Source of the DNA: Epiperipatus broadwayi
Taxonomy: Eukaryota; Animalia; Onychophora
DNA: 64,000 nt
Direction: 5' to 3'
Assembly: GCA_028023455.1 (NCBI GenBank)
Contig: JAQFVV010000006.1
Coordinates: 16,678,001-16,742,000, forward strand
Shown here: piece after piece, positions 61,321-64,000 of the stretch
Layout: the number at the start of each line of letters is the position of its first letter
Numbering within the stretch: the stretch's first letter is position 1
The notes under the pieces: generated by a model
Databases searched by the model: none
Seen by the model: the letters and a program-made list of their open reading frames with translations, nothing else
What the model was told of the DNA's origin: nothing
Made by a program: the position numbers and the translations under genes

Positions 61321-63776
61321 CGATCACAGCAAATTTTGTAAAATCACCATTTTATAATAATTATATGTTCTTATTAATTTTTTTTTCAGATGAATCGATA
61401 ATTAAATATTAAACGATAAATAAGAGTAGGGATAGCTAGCTAGATGTATATATATATAGATGGATGTCTAGGTAATAGGTAGATGGATAGTTGTTTACAT
61501 TAATATAGGTAGATGGAAAAATTAAAATACAGTGGGTAAGGGTGTTTATTTTCATCATGGGGAAGCCATTGAATTATACCTGCAAGCATTTTATCATGCT
61601 ACGAGGAATGAGAGATTGGAGCACCTGTATACTTATTAGCTAGCAGGAGTCATTATGACTTTAATGGACACTTATTAGCAAATCATTAAGAACTACAAGC
61701 TACTAGGTATAACATTCAGTGTATAAATGTAATATATACCCTCCTAATCAAAAAGTGGTTTTTTATTTTTTTGTACCAAAATCACTTTTGTGTATTCATA
61801 AATTTATTTGCTCAATATTACTTTCCTCCAAACAATTGATAAAAACTCCTGTTAATGATTTCAAAATTCATTTTTCTGATGAACTAGCTTCCTTAAATGG
61901 CCCAAATCATCAAATTCCATCAGATGATGAAATCAGATGTCTTCATCATCATTCAGCATGATTTAATCAAAGATTAATAACAATTTATAGTCTTTTGGAT
62001 AAATATATCCATATTATTAATAACCATTTATTAGACTTACCGGTAACTATCTCTAGCGCAATAAAACAGGTATTAATTTATTCAAAAACCTTAAATTGTC
62101 ATTAAGATTGTACAAGAATTATATACTTTTAGATTAAATCATAATAAAATTACTTCATGAAATTCATTTTAAATTTCAGTCTGTTGATTTAAATTCTTTT
62201 TATGAATAAAGTGGATCTAAATTTTATAATTTTTACTCGTTATACAAATGGGTTCATATAGTATACTGTTATGTTAGCAGATTGATAGAAAATTGTAGGA
62301 ATGTGTATATTGCAATCATTATTGTTTATATATATTTCAAATGCTTTTTTATTAGTAAAGTATTATTTTGGTCTGTGTATATTTATATTTTATTTATACA
62401 AAATCAATTTATATTTGACTTAAAGGAATGAATCCATCCTTTTCTGTTTTCATTTCGTGTTAAAGATCATTAATCTAATGTTTCATTATTTCTTGATTTG
62501 TTTATATTATTAATTTATTTACATATTTTCGATTGAAATCATTAACAGATTGTTTTATTATAAACACTTCTCACAATGATTAAGTCGCTTCAGTATCCTT
62601 ATTTTGAAATATAATTGATAAACATTTTGAGTATATTTTAAGCGAGCAAAGTGACCAGCCAAGGAAAAGTTAGTCTTCAAATTCAGTTTGTTCGCCAAGG
62701 CAGATTAGGAAGATGTTAATGCCTGCCTACTATCCTTACTAGTATCTCATAATTTTGTTTTTGAAAGTTTCAGAATTGTATTGAAAAGCATGTCTAATCA
62801 TATCATCATTAGATCAATCCATTATGTAACGTTATAATAGAGGGGGGGGGTGTACAAAGAGAAAGTCAAAGAATAAAACTTAAAGATGAATTTGTGATAA
62901 CTATTAAATCAATCTGAGAAATACAAATATATCTATTTATATAACATGTTATTTATTTGATGATCATCTTCTGCAGCAGATCTTTTTTCTCATTGACATT
63001 TATTTCAACAACAGCTCTCCATTGTATTGCATCTATTCTTCATAAGTAATCAATATAATCCTTACAACGAACATAATGCCTTTTCAAGAAAAAACATCCT
63101 CAAAATCCTCATGAATTTTTTTTTTTTTAGAAATTCTCAGACAGCTGATAAGAACCTGCTGATCCAGGGTAGTGTAATGCAGTTTTATATTTGAGGATTA
63201 ATTCTGAATAACCAAAAAGTAATGACTGCTACATTGTAGAATAAGATTGGGTTTCATGCTTTAAATATCAGTTTATCATTTCTTTCTGCCTTCCCTTTAT
63301 TTCCCCTTTACCTTATTCTTTTCAATCATTTATATTAATATTTAGCTCAGTCATCATGAATTTTCAGTTTTATTGGTGATCTCTCTGAACTAACTGTAAC
63401 AATGGGATTGTGTATTTTTGAGATTATATTTTTAGCTTTTAATGATACACACATCAGTTCTAAGTCTAATCTTTTCTACTTTGTTTTTTTTTTTTTGTAG
63501 TGCAAAAGCTCTTGGCATTGAAACAGCAATGATGAGGTCATTTTGTAGTCTTTTTAATTGCGATCTTTCTTGAAGCAGTGCAATTCACTAATAAGTCTTT
63601 ATTTTTTTTTCAGTGTAATCAAATTGCACTTTTGAACAAATGAATATGATGTATGCCGTTATGGTTCTATGTCTTACTAGAACTTTTTTTGTTTTCAGCA
63701 TTTATTGATTTCATTTTCTTCATTTTTATACTTATTTTGAAAATATTTTGCAAGTAAAAGTTTAGTAATTAAGCAG

Positions 63777-63777
<1 letters not shown>

Positions 63778-63821
<44 letters not shown>

Positions 63822-63837
63822 GCGCACACACACATAC
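63778..63837. repeat. Compound microsatellite (AC)n-(GC)n-(AC)n
   Basis: About 19 AC units, then GTGCGCGCGC, then further AC units. Confidence 0.95.
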
Positions 63838-64000
63838 ATTAAGAACATATTATTTTTTCTTTAGTTTTATGTACATTAAATTGAATAATTTATTCTTTTA
63901 TTACACTAAACTGAATTATCTATCTATATTGTAGGGAACCATTTCTTGCCAAGTGCCATTTGGATATTTGTAATCTCATTTATTGGCCACAGAAAATTAT

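Noticed and set aside
1677-61961. Remaining 60-110 aa ORFs in the supplied track
   Set aside because: Low-complexity F/I/L/K/N-rich translations expected from AT-rich non-coding DNA, or fragments and antisense shadows of the transposons listed.
63935-64000. (W)EPFL resemblance to VPS13-family WEPF motif
   Set aside because: Only 4-5 residues, truncated by the window edge, with no supporting exons.

Overview
This is AT-rich eukaryotic (probably invertebrate animal) non-coding DNA, intronic or intergenic. It has no long ORF, no recognisable host gene, no rRNA and no CRISPR array. It is a mosaic of decayed transposons: one RTE-clade LINE family (a near full-length copy at about 35.9-38.6 kb plus four 3' fragments with (GAT)n tails), a BovB-like RTE remnant, an L1/Tx1-like ORF2 (58.3-61.3 kb), CR1/L2-like remnants, an internally deleted mariner, a hAT MITE, several palindromic MITE-like repeats and a tandem array of tRNA-derived units. 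The main signal is at least four distinct Penelope-like element (PLE) families, labelled A-D here. Each has GIY-YIG remnants and its own minimal type I hammerhead ribozyme (HHR) motif. Families A-C occur mostly as short fold-back insertions with an inverted terminal repeat, a one-sided 3' tail and, where readable, 13-16 bp target-site duplications (TSDs). Family D is a non-folded copy with a 15-20 bp TSD. Family C has a tRNA-like Pol III promoter segment between the GIY-YIG ORF end and the HHR core. PLE-associated HHRs are established knowledge; these particular families, the fold-back size series and the tRNA-head/HHR cassette are the items worth checking. All alignments, translations and folds were done by eye, so element boundaries are approximate unless defined by a TSD.
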